A stretch of DNA of 64,000 nucleotides from Paraspadella gotoi (Eukaryota > Animalia > Chaetognatha): contig CM119269.1 of NCBI GenBank assembly GCA_051294375.1, positions 18,340,471 to 18,404,470 on the forward strand. The letters run 5' to 3'. Made by a program: the position numbers and the translations under genes. A model generated the notes under the pieces. It had not been told where the DNA came from. It did no database searches and saw nothing but the letters and a program-made list of their open reading frames with translations. Below are positions 13,993 to 26,070 of this stretch, piece after piece; the stretch's first letter is position 1, and every line of letters starts with the position of its first letter.

Positions 13993-16355
13993 TCTCTTTG
14001 AATTTCCCTAATTGATTGACTCTCTCCCAAACTTTTTTTTAAACTCATTGATACGCTCATGACCACCAAACTTTTTGAATACACTGATTNNNNNNNNNNN
14101 NNNNNNNNNNNNNNNNNNNNNNNNNNNNNNNNNNNNNNNNNNNNNNNNNNNNNNNNNNNNNNNNNNNNNNNNNNNNNNNNNNNNNNNNNNNNNNNNNNNN
14201 NNNNNNNNNNNNNNNNNNNNNNNNNNNNNNNNNNNNNNNNNNNNNNNNNNNNNNNNNNNNNNNNNNNNNNNNNNNNNNNNNNNNNNNNNNNNNNNNNNNN
14301 NNNNCTCTCTTTCTCTCTTTCAAACGCTTTCGCTCTAAATCTTTCTCTATCTATCGATTAATTTAATCCAAATATATACTTAGAAAAAAATTTAAACCAG
14401 AGCTTTAATAAAATATCAGATTTTTCCTTTTTTTCACTGCGTTTCCAAAATTATTCGAGATTTCCCCAACTAATCTTCTACTCTTCCGAACTCCCGCCAA
14501 ATTATTTCTGAAAAACTGAAAAAAAAATTCCAAAAACTTTTTTTTATTTCAAAATTTAAAAGTGTCGAGTGAACGACTTCGTTTTAACTTTTAAGATCAG
14601 AATTGAAAACGAGACCTAAGATTCTAAGAATTTCGAGTGGAAAAAATAAATAAAAGAACATCGCTCCCAAGAGAGAGACGACTGGTTGAACAGAAAAGAA
14701 AAATTAAAAAGCGTTTCATTTTGAAATTGTTTACATCGTTTTATTCAAGCAGGTTCGTCGTTATCATCGATAGTCGAAGACTCATAATGCTATAACAATA
14801 TACATTTTAAAATGAAAAAAACATTGGCGACCTCTACAGTCCCAACAATTCTCAGGAAAAATAAAAGAAAAAAGAAAGAAAAAAAAAGAGTATTAAAAAA
14901 AAAAGACCCGCTTTAAAGAAAAATGAGGCGTGGCCGATCAGAAAAAGCCGACATCTTGCGGAGAGTTTGGACATCTCGGCCGCATGATCAGCCAATTACA
15001 TCGCGGGATGGAGTCCGTTCTGTCCGGAGGATGAGTGGTGGGCGGCTGGGTGGGTGGGAGGCGAGTAGGATGTGCCCGGATCCGGATGAAGCGCGTCTTC
15101 ATTACGATGCCGAAGGGAGAATCTGAGGCGTCGCTGTCTCGTTGCGCCGAGGATATATATATATGTAGGTCGGGCGCATTGCCGAGGTTCACCCCTGACT
15201 ATAAGCATGACACCTCAAGTCCTGACCCGGTGGCTCATTGAAGTAAAGCCATCAGGCTCATGACCACTAGTACCGGGTTCAATCCCAACCGAGGTACCTA
15301 CCCTGTGCGGAAGCGTTTGAGGAACGGCCGACCGTTAAGCCACCTTTGGGGGTGGGCAACCCCTCAAGCCTGGTTCCAAGCCCAGGAACCCGTCCATTGG
15401 CTACTAAAGGGGTTATAGGAAGTTTACGCGGATAGTCATCTTCAGCCCACTTAGGGCTTATCCACATATATATATATATTATACTTTGTCAATTGAAGCT
15501 AAGTTGTTCTCCGAAGGCCTATAGAGTGCTGAGAATTGTTGGGACTGTAGAGGTCGCCAATGTGTTTTTCATTTTAAAATGTATTATTGTTATTAGACAT
15601 TTATTGAGTCTATCGACTATCGATGATAACGACGAACCTGCTTATAAAACGATGGTAAACAATTTTCAAAATTGAAACGGCTTTTAATTTTTCTTTTCTG
15701 TTCAACCAGTCGTCTCTCTCTTGGCAGGCGATGTTCTTTTATTATTTTTTCCACTGAATTCTTAGAATCTAGGTCTTCGTTCAATTCTGATCTTAAAAGT
15801 TAAAACGAAGTCGTTTCACTCGACACTTTTTAAATTTTGAAATAAAAAAAGTTTTTGGAATTTTTTCAGTTTTTCAGAAATAATTTGGTCGGGAGAATTT
15901 CGGCTAAGGAGTAGAAGATTAGTTGGGAAATCTCGAATAATTTTGGAAACGCAGTGAAAAAAAGGGAAAAATCTGATAATTTTTATTTTAAAGCTTCTTG
16001 GTTTTAAATTTTTTATAAGTTAATATATTTGGATTAATTAAATTAATCGATTAGATAGAGAAAGATTTAGAGCGAAAGCGTTTGGAAAGAGAGAAAGAGA
16101 GAGAGAGCGAGAGAAAGACATGAGAGAGATGAGAAAGAAGAGAGCGACGAGAGAAATGAGAGAGAGAAGAGAGAGAGAGAGAGACATGAGAGAGCAGAGC
16201 AGAGAGAGAGAGAGAGAGAAGAGAGAGAGAAGAAAGAGAGAGAGAGAGAGGAGAAATCAGTGTATTTCAAAAAAGTTTGGTGGTCAGATCGTTATCAATG
16301 AGTTCTTAAAAAAGTTTTGGAAGAGGAGAGCAATCAATTAGGGAAATTCAAAGAG
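13993..16355. repeat. Fold-back: inverted arms at about 13993-14855 and 15529-16355 around a ~670-bp GC-richer spacer
   Basis: cattggcgacctctacagtcccaacaattctcag (14822) versus ctgagaattgttgggactgtagaggtcgccaatg (15529). The match extends outward to about 13993/16355. Confidence 0.9.
15164..15466 (+). mobile_element. 303-bp TG...CA element inserted in (TA)n, containing a tRNA-like Pol III promoter (solo-LTR-like or tRNA-derived SINE)
   Basis: Reads tatatata-TGTAGG...TCCACA-tatatata. Internal features: TATAA at about 15200, tRNA-like head from 15224, A-box-like TGGCTCATTG at 15231, CT-CAT-GA loop, and B-box GGTTCAATCCC at 15276-15286. Confidence 0.6.
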
Positions 16356-16492
16356 AGCGAAACAGAGAGCGAAAAACTGAGAGCGAAGACAGAGCGAAAG
16401 CGAGAGCGGGGGGGAGATTTTGCCGCTGATTTTCCGCACCCTTTTGACTTTCAATTTCGCGCCTGAATTATCACTACTTCACTTCTCTCTCT

Positions 16493-16539
<47 letters not shown>

Positions 16540-16540
16540 A

Positions 16541-16576
<36 letters not shown>

Positions 16577-16611
16577 GTTCTCTCTCTCTTTCTCTAACAG
16601 AATTAAAATCA

Positions 16612-17483
16612 CCGCCATCGCCCTATACTCTTTCCCCCTTCTTCTTCTCGCTTATCGGTTGATCGAAGATGACTCCTTGCTCCTCATTTTGAGGCAAAAA
16701 ACTGTGGGGCGAAAAACTCGACAACGACTACAACAACCCCACTTTTAGCGGAAACAATTAGATTTTCAAATTCTTTTCATAAATTCGAAACATTCTTTAA
16801 AATATTATTACCACTTTCATTGATAGGGAGCATACTTACTCTGAGTGAATAACGAGTCTGAGAGATGAGTCTTGATTGCAGGATAACCCGCTATGTTATT
16901 ATACCTTGATAAGGTGTTGATTGGAGGCTTTAAAAGCCACGCAAAGGCCTTGCCCATTTGGCGCCCAAAAGTCATGGGCAAGGTAGCTTCTTTATTAAAT
17001 GAATGGATAATTTTTATATTGGGTGTACCAATTTCATAAGGAACTGATCGGAGTCCTCACTGAAAACACAATTAGCCTCAATTTCATTTTCTGGCCAAAA
17101 TATTTAATTGGAAACAAGAATCGGATAACGAACAGAAAATGAGATGATTTTTCCTTAATTTTCTTTCAAAATAAAACTTGATTCTTTAAATGTTATATTC
17201 TCACTCTCTCTCCTTACTCCTTGGCCTCGTCTTATTCTCTCTTTCTTTTTCGCTTTCTCCTGTTGTCGCTCTACTCTATCTCTCAATATCTCGCTCTTCT
17301 CCCTCTGATCCCTTCCTCAAAACTCAGTTGAAACCAAAATAACAACAAATCTTTCCAAAATGAACGCGGACCGCCTTTCTCAGCCTTCTACCGTCGTCAC
17401 CGCCTGGCCGCTGGCGACGCCAAAGGGCAACGATCCAGAACTTATAAAACGTATCTTTTTGCCTTTATTTTTCTATTTCTTCA

Positions 17484-17538
<55 letters not shown>

Positions 17539-17550
17539 CTCTCTCTCTGC

Positions 17551-17585
<35 letters not shown>

Positions 17586-19265
17586 CTCTACTCCCTTTCT
17601 TTTTCGTTCCTCTTCCGACATGAAAAGAACACAGGCCTTTTGACCGGATTCTGTCTCAATTTGAATAGATGTTTATTCTGCGTCTGAGGTCTTTGGAGAA
17701 GAGGAAGAGAAAGGAGAAGACGATGCTCATAGCTTGGCTACACCAGCTTAAGGCCCCATCACCTTACAGCCATAATCCCTGAAAAGTTCATCCCCAGCCT
17801 TCTATAAATTCCTCTTAAACCTCTAGGATATTCCTTATAACCCTGCGTGCATCGTTACAGTAAACAGTTTTTAGCGAGGTGAAAAATACCAGGGATGCCG
17901 GAGATTCCACTCAGATGACGAATACGTGAAGAGACGACCACAAAGCGACTTTGCAAGCCTCGAAATAACCCCCCAAGCATGGTTCCCAAACCACAGCATC
18001 CCTTTCACAATGGTCTGCCGAATGGCGACCAAGTCTTTCAGCCCACGCCTATAAATCAACATCCTTCCACCCAATCCTCTTCTTCCGAGGATGTCATTTT
18101 TTTCTCTTCCTTTCCCTCCTCTCACCAGGTTTGTTCACTTATCCAACCTTGAATCCTTATTTCTCGTTCAAGGCTTCAGGAGTTTGTGATTTCCCGCGAC
18201 GGGAAAGGCGGCGACAGTCTCCCCTCCTCTCCACGACTGGCATCCCTTAGGGCGTTGTTTAGAGGGTTAGACAGTAAAACATCCCGAAGAGGCCCGGCGC
18301 TCTAAAGGGGCACCTGTAGACTATTATGTGGAATTTATATATTGGTTTTAAAAATTTTATTTTTAAAAAAGGAAAAAAGAAAAACTTAATTAACTCTGAA
18401 CTTAGCATAGGCCGTTCCATAACATTAATATTAACACTATATCGCCCAGGCATGATCAAATAAGGCTTGATTAATATGTTATCAAACCTGCCTTAAACAA
18501 TAATTAAATTTATTCTTTATAGGTAACTAGGTATTATCAGCGAATTAATTTTCCTCATTTCAAAGGGATCCTCTCCATCTCCCAATAGTTCACACCCCTG
18601 TGCAATGGCCAATGTGCCGCAAATGTGCCAAAAGTTGCAATGTTTGCAATGCTGCAATGTGCATCTCTTCTTCCTTTCCGGTTCACCAAAATCAAATTCG
18701 CCTCGACGGTTTTTTACTTCCGCGGATTTCACAAGCGTCTCCCTCGACTTATTCCCCCTCCTCCCTTCAGTCAACAAAAACAACAACAACAACCAACAAC
18801 AACAACAACACAACAAACAACGCGCATTCCCCTTTCACTCCATCGCCCTCCAAACCCCAATTTATTTTTTTTATCCCTAAAAGACGAACATCATTTCTGC
18901 CAATCTGCGAACTGTTTGACGACGACGACGACAAAGGAACAATTGTTTTCCTCGATTACAAAGGGACCGCTTATTCTTCGATACAAGGAGAGACACTTGT
19001 TTCTCCCGAGATTCATGCGTGGGCCGGAGAGACCCATAGGCTAAAATAGGTTTCGCCGGTTTTATTCCGTTCGAGGGAATTCGTTCGCAAAGCGGCGAAC
19101 TCTAATAGTGGTGAAAGAGACATTCGCACTGCAGCAGGTAAAAGAAAATTAATTTAATCAACAGGGTTTATTTTTTCTACCGCGATCAATTTTTTGGTAA
19201 AATTTGGCTTGCCTTGGAAAGAATGATCCTGCATAAAGGGGTATCTCTCAATAAAATTGTACTCA
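16612..19265 (-). repeat. Segment A, copy 2 (inverted, indel-rich), ending at a 25-N gap
   Basis: Reverse complement of 7680-10205 with many single-base insertions. Confidence 0.9.
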
Positions 19266-19659
19266 GGNNNNNNNNNNNNNNNNNNNNNNNNNTTTTTTTT
19301 TGAGGGAAAGATCTTTCAAAGTCGCAATTTTAGTATGGGCATCAGCCTTTTACGAGGAAGACCAAGAGGACGACCACGAAGAAAAAAACGACGACGACGA
19401 AAAGAGGACGAAAAAGTACAACAACGACAACGACGAAGAAGACGAGGATCACAAAAGTAAAGGAACAAACAACAACAACAATTACAAATTCTATGACAAA
19501 AAANNNNNNNNNNTCACTCGAATGTCTATCCTCGTCTTTTGACGGTCGACGATTATAAAAAAAAAGTATAAAAACTTTTTTCTCTTTACTTTCACTTTTT
19601 ATTTCTTTTTCCCTTTTTTTCCCTTTTTTTCTTCTTTTTTCTTTTACATTTTTACGGTT

Positions 19660-20377
19660 AGGGCTGAGGAGAAATCTTGGAAATATAAAATAAAATTAAG
19701 TACGTCATTTCAGTCGACGCTAAAGAAGATATAAAGGCAGAACAAAAGGCACACTTAAAGATTAGAAGTGAGAAAAAGGAAAAGGAGAGAGATGAGTAAA
19801 AAATGGGAAGGAAGATCAGGAGAACAGACGAACAGAAAGAAAAAGATAAGAAAAAAATAGAACAAGAATGAAGGAGGAATAAGAGGAAATAAAGAAGAAG
19901 AATCCCAGGAGAGACGTTGACGGCATAATGAAAGCAAATGAAAAAGATGAAGAAAAGAAAGAATGGCGTATACTGTGCGAGGGCGTGCTGGGTTTGAGGG
20001 AAGTGAGGGCTGTCTGGCGTGAGGAGAGAAGAATGAAGAGTCTACGTGAGAATTGATGCGAAAGGAATAGTGAGCAGGAGCACACGACATACTTGTGGAC
20101 AGGGAGAGGAATACAAGTGTAGAGAAAATGGAGCAGTAAGTAAGGAAAAAAGACTCCTTTGAAACCGAGACAAAAACGTCGGACGGGAGTGAAAGAGGAA
20201 AAAAGAAAGGATGGGGAGGGATGTGAAGGGAGGAGATGGACGGAGGCAGGAGGAGAGAAAGGAGAAAGTAGGAGAGGAGAAAGGAGGCGTACGCAAAGAC
20301 CGCACGGTAAGGGATGCGGCGTGAAACGACCGTGACGAAAGTTTCCGAAGAAGAAAAAAACAAAGAGGCAGAGAAAA

Positions 20378-20422
<45 letters not shown>

Positions 20423-21929
20423 AGAGAGAGAGGCCCAAATAAGATAGACATCGCGGACAGAGAGGAAGAGGCGAGTATGACAATAAATAGAGCGAAAATC
20501 GTTCCAGCGGCGAAGCCTGAAGGAAGACTGGGAAGATCTCTTTTTGTTGATCGCTCGTTGAGCATGCGAATGGAGGGCGGCGCATTGGTTGCGGCATTAG
20601 GGACGGCATGAAGCGCAGCTTCAGGGTGGGCTGACGATAGCGATGGGGACAGTTAGGGTGAAGCAAAGTATGTTATTGAAAGGATGTTTGACTGGTGGGC
20701 GATTTTGGGTAGAGAGACAACGAATTCGATAACTGGTTGAAAAATACGTCGGACGTAACTGATCGTTTATCAATAGCCGAAACGTTTAAATAGAAGTTGA
20801 AAATTTACTTCTTGCTTCACTGGCTAAAGTTTAAATCGTTGAATAAACTTGTAATATTAATCTAAATTTGGTGTACTCGATTTAAATGCGTCGAATAGTA
20901 CGGGCAGAAATGATTTCGTTATTGAGTCGGGCATTGGGAAAACACCTGAATCTGAATAATGTATCGAACAGAGCATCGCGCTCAGCATGCGACGCGGACT
21001 CCTGCCTCGACTTCGCCTCATTACCGAAAAACATTTTATATTTCTCGTCCTCATGTCTCGTCGTCTCTATTTCGTCGTCATGCTCGTCGTCCGTCATTGT
21101 TCGTCGTCGGCGGCGGCGGAAGCGGCGTCGGCAGCAGCGGGCGTCGACGGCTTTGGCAGTAAAAAAGGCGTTAGCCAATGGCATCTTCCACCGTTAATGG
21201 TTTGTTTTGCATATTTCACATATTTCATTGAGTATGATTAACAAGATTATCAAATTCATACAATTTTAGAGACATAGAGAATCGCTTGGACGACGACAAC
21301 GACGGCGGCGTCGGTGGCTGCGTTGAAGATGTCAAGGGGGCATTAGCAAAGACTAAATGGGAAATGGCAAAAAAAAAAAGTGCATCGACTGATGGCAAAG
21401 ACCTAAATGGATTGTGCCGGACGAATGGCAAAAAAGTTAGCGCGACCCATGGTGATGGCAAAAAAAAAAAGGTGGCGCGACTTGCATGGCGACGGCTCAT
21501 CATGGCCCATCACAAACTTATCAGTTATTCAGGAAATAATTGAAAAGAATTAAAAGGAAAGTCGGAGATTTTATTCGTGAGAACGAATCGTGATTCGCCC
21601 TCCGGGTTGTGTGGCGGAGGGGGAGGCAGAAGGGGGGGATTCGAGTTATGGTGTTTATGGTGCGAGAGTCAACGACGGTTTTTTATGGCAACGAACTTTT
21701 GCCGCAGAGGGAAACCGATCGCAGATGTCGAGATTTCCGCCAAAAAAAACAAATGATAAAAATATTTAGAGGATTTGAATTATTTTTTTTTTAAAGGATT
21801 TTTTTCTTCGGTGTTTTCTTCAAGTCGAATGTGTGTTGGGAGTTAGCGATAAAAATTGTCAACATATTTTAGTGAATTTTTTTTTATTGAGGCGGGGTTT
21901 TTGGCTATAAGGGAGGAAGCGGAAAAGAG

Positions 21930-21978
<49 letters not shown>

Positions 21979-23071
21979 AGAGAGAGAGAGAAAGAGAGAG
22001 AGAGAGAGTAGAGAAAAGCCTCATAGATAAAAAACTTCTAGGAAAATTGCCGACATTAAAAACCCCTTTCGTTATTTCATTTATAATCTAATTCAAACTT
22101 TAATCACGAGATTCACCACTAACAAAAACTAATGGTATTTCTCTCGTTTAACATTCGATATCCTGTTCCTTCAAAGCGAACGGAGACTCGGGCAGGACGA
22201 GAGTCATCGAGATCAATGATGATGACGTCATAAAAATGAAATAAAAAAAAATATTATCCCCGGAGACTTTGAATCCTGACGCCGAAAATACCAGATCGAA
22301 GGAGATTCTCTATTCCCACATCTGTGGTCTTTCTTCCTTTTCTTCCCTCTTCTCTTTTTTATTTCTCCACATCTGTGTTTTTTTTCTTCCTCTTCTTCCC
22401 TCTTTCTCTTTTCTTTACTCCCAATTGTGATTCTTCTTCCTCTTTTTCAAACCTCCTTTCTTTTCCTTTTTTCTCCACATCTGTGGTTTTTTCTTCCTCT
22501 TCTTACCCTCTTTTCTCTTTTTTCTTTATTCCCACATCTGTGGTTCTTTCTTCCTCTTTTCCCTTTTCTCTTTATTTGTCTCACCTTCTCCCCTTTCCCG
22601 TAAAACCTCAAGGCTTCCAAAAGATCCCCCTGAACACACCAAACCCCTCCCCCTCTACCCGCCATGGTCGACGTCAGCGAGAGAAATATGAATGACGATG
22701 ACAACAACAACAACTATACAACGAAATTATTCTGTCCAGAGTCACGTTGATTATCTGATCTAGATGGGAAATCGGATGGGGAAGAGAGAGAAAGAAGAGA
22801 GATTAGAGAGAGAGAGAGAAGAGAGAGAGAGAGGAGAGAGAGAGAGAGCAGAGAGGAGAGAAAAAGGAGATCTATGGCTAGGATTAGAAAGAGGGATACT
22901 GAATTCACTGTTTTTTATACTGAAGGGCAGATTTTGTGCGTCCAGAGAAAGGGATCCCGGATTGAGGTGAAGATCCTAAAAGAGAAAAAAAGGAGAAAAA
23001 GAAAAAGAACTTTGAACTTTTTACATGGTTAAAATAGCAGCCGCACATTGATGCATTGCGGTAGAAAGACG

Positions 23072-23119
<48 letters not shown>

Positions 23120-23120
23120 C

Positions 23121-23153
<33 letters not shown>

Positions 23154-24003
23154 CGGACTATGGAAGTTGGAATCTGGCGGAAAATGAAAAATGGTGCAAC
23201 ATTTTCTTGGAAAAGGCCGGAAATAGTGGGAGGGATCGAGAGGGAGCGAGAGCGAGATAGGTAACTTGGATAATAGCGGTTATGTCTCCGAGGAGCATCG
23301 AGGGGCGCTTTCGAGGGAGGCGGCGCCCCAAACCGGCGCCGGCCCGGAGCGGCGTCGAGCAGATTCACTCGACTCGAACGGACGGCGCCGCCGTCCATGG
23401 CTCTACCAGCGCCCCGCCGACGCCGCGAGTAAACAAACGGCGAACGTTTTTGGCCGCCGCATTTTTCATCGACGCCGGGAGCTGAACCTTCCGCCTACAA
23501 CGCCCCTACTCGCTCTCACATCTTCCCTTCGTTCTCAGCCACCCCTCCTCGCCCACTCGACCCCTTTATTACTTTTCTTCCCTTCCTCCCTCTCCGCCCC
23601 TTCCCCCCCAGCCCCCAATCGATTCCCCCCCTTCCCCTCCATCTGCCAATTCCCCCCAGGAATCCAAGTTTTTCTCTGGTCGGTGATTTCGGCCAAAATT
23701 CCTTTTAACTGATATAAACAAGATTCACCCGAAACGGACGTCGTTTTCCCGACAAAATACCCGCGCAAATTCTCGCCGCCGCGAGGGTTTTGCGAACGGC
23801 CGGGGGATGGGTCGCCGGACGCGGACCCGGAAAATATTCCCGGTAAGGGTGAGGTGGGGAATGTGCGATCAGCCGAGAAAGGTTGTCGGAACGTGAGAGA
23901 AAGAAATTTCCTAGCCGTTGCTGAGAGATTTAACAACAATCAATCATACAATCAATCAATCCATTAAAAATCAATTCAAACAATCCAATCAATCAAAACA
24001 ATT

Positions 24004-24049
<46 letters not shown>

Positions 24050-24360
24050 TCAATCATCAATCAATCAATCAATCAAATCAAACATTCTTTATGCCTTAAT
24101 TTTTCCTCCTCTCCTGCGTCCTCATCACTTTCTCTCGGTTCGCTCTTTCTCCCTTTTCATTTCTTCCTTCTTCCTTGCTTTGCTTCCTTCTTTCCTTTTT
24201 CCTTCCTCCTTTCTCGCTCCCCTCTCTTTCCTTCTCCCTCTCTTTCCTTCTCCTTCTCCCCCGTCCTCTCCCCTCTCCCTCAGCGAAAAGCGAAACGATC
24301 GAGCGAGCGAAGTCGAAATCTCTGAAGACAATTACTCATCTTCTATGTTTTTCTTTAGCT
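19660..24360 (+). repeat. Segment C+D (about 4.7 kb): purine-rich tract, CCCACATCTGTGG repeats, CpG-rich block and (ATCA)n
   Basis: Full or partial copies at 43430-44090 (+), 48480-52281 (+), 52720-54237 (+), 54920-57258 (+), 41872-42680 (-), 52307-52715 (-), 54263-54920 (-) and 57284-59350 (-). Confidence 0.9.
23937..24080 (+). repeat. (ATCA)n microsatellite; counterparts at about 42272-42400, 53890-54050 and 56940-57078
   Basis: Directly visible. Confidence 0.95.
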
Positions 24361-24370
24361 TCTCTCTCTT

Positions 24371-24435
<65 letters not shown>

Positions 24436-24469
24436 CTATCTCTCTCTCGTATCATGTCTTTTTCCTTTA

Positions 24470-24554
<85 letters not shown>

Positions 24555-24721
24555 CTCTCGTTTATACCAACGCGACGTATTTCCGTCGAACCAGATTACG
24601 TCTGCGATAAAGGGTCGTAAGGAGGCGGTCTGGCGGACTCTGCCCCCCCCCCTTAATTTTCCTTACTTTCCTTCAGTTCTGCTTCGGTTTCCTCTTTCTA
24701 TGCTCTCCTTTCTGCCATCTT

Positions 24722-25963
24722 TTTGTGAAGCCTGTGTTTGTTTTGATTGTCGTCTTTCACCTATTTCTATAACTGGGCATTTCTTTAACTTACAAAATCA
24801 CATACTCCCGAGTTACTCATTCACTGAATAACTCAGTCCCCCACCCCCCACTTTTGCGGTCTCTCACTCTGACTCTCTCCGCTCGGTCCTTCTTTCTTAT
24901 GCAGAGATGCAGTGTGACCCAACATGCAGCCAAGGGATTCGTGGGAAGTAGAGTTTGAGAGTGACCATGGTTGAAATTGTTTCATGTCAGTCTTTCGGTC
25001 TAAGCCAGTCACAGTGGAAAGTTAAATAAGATAAGAGGGAGTAGAAAAGGATCAGTTGAAAATTGGCAATAACATTTGAGGTAGGAATATGAGAGAATAA
25101 CCCGGACTAGTGCAGGCTTAAGAGTAGTCTTATTATTTGTGGTGGTCTTATATTTGTGGTGGTACGAGGTGGCAAAGTGGTGGACGAGGTGGAAAAGTGG
25201 AAGAAGTGAAAGGAAGTCCAAGCGTCGCGGACCAGCCGGTCTCGAGGCGAGGCGTCAAGTGCAGGATTCCCCGAGGGGACTCCCGTCCGGCCAACGAAGA
25301 CCCAGTGGGGTCGACCGGAGGCCAAAACGAATCTCAACGATGGCAGAAAGCTGGCGAAAGGTGGCACTCGACAAGTGGCAAAAGAAAAGTGGCAGAAGTG
25401 CGACGTCGTAAAATGAGAGGCATCTTTGCTACTCGAATTTAAAAAGATAAAAAACTACAATCGGTTTAATTGAAAGGACATGAGGTTATAAGGGAGAGAG
25501 CAGGAGAAAAACCTATGAAAAGAAAGAGAAAGAGCGAAAGAAAGAACGAGTGATAGAAAGAAAAAAGAAAGAAATACACAGTAAAAAAAGCTAATGACTA
25601 AAAAATATGCCACGAAAAAAAAACAAAGCAAACAAGAAAAAATTAAAGAAATTAAGAAAAAAGAAAGAAAGAAAGAAGGAAAGAAAGAAAGAAGAAAGAA
25701 AGAAAGAAAGAAAGAAAACCGTAAAGTTACAAAGAAGAATGAACTATGGTCGACCCGACACCCGCAGTTCATTGTCGCTCGATCCAAAGAAGATTCATTC
25801 ATCGACTTCTTAACACGCGTCTTTTAATTCATTCCTTCATTCATTCCTTCATTCATTCCTTTTCATTTCGCCTCTAAATTTTTTCGTCCTTCAAGTCTTT
25901 ATTCTCCGTCCAGGCCTCAATATCAAAAAGGCCGCGCCCTCCTTCTTCTCTCTCTCACTGTCT

Positions 25964-26025
<62 letters not shown>

Positions 26026-26032
26026 TTCGCTC

Positions 26033-26070
<38 letters not shown>

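Noticed and set aside
15224-15297. Functional tRNA-Met gene
   Set aside because: The anticodon and acceptor stems pair poorly and there is no adjacent oligo-T terminator. It is better explained as a tRNA-derived part of a repeat.
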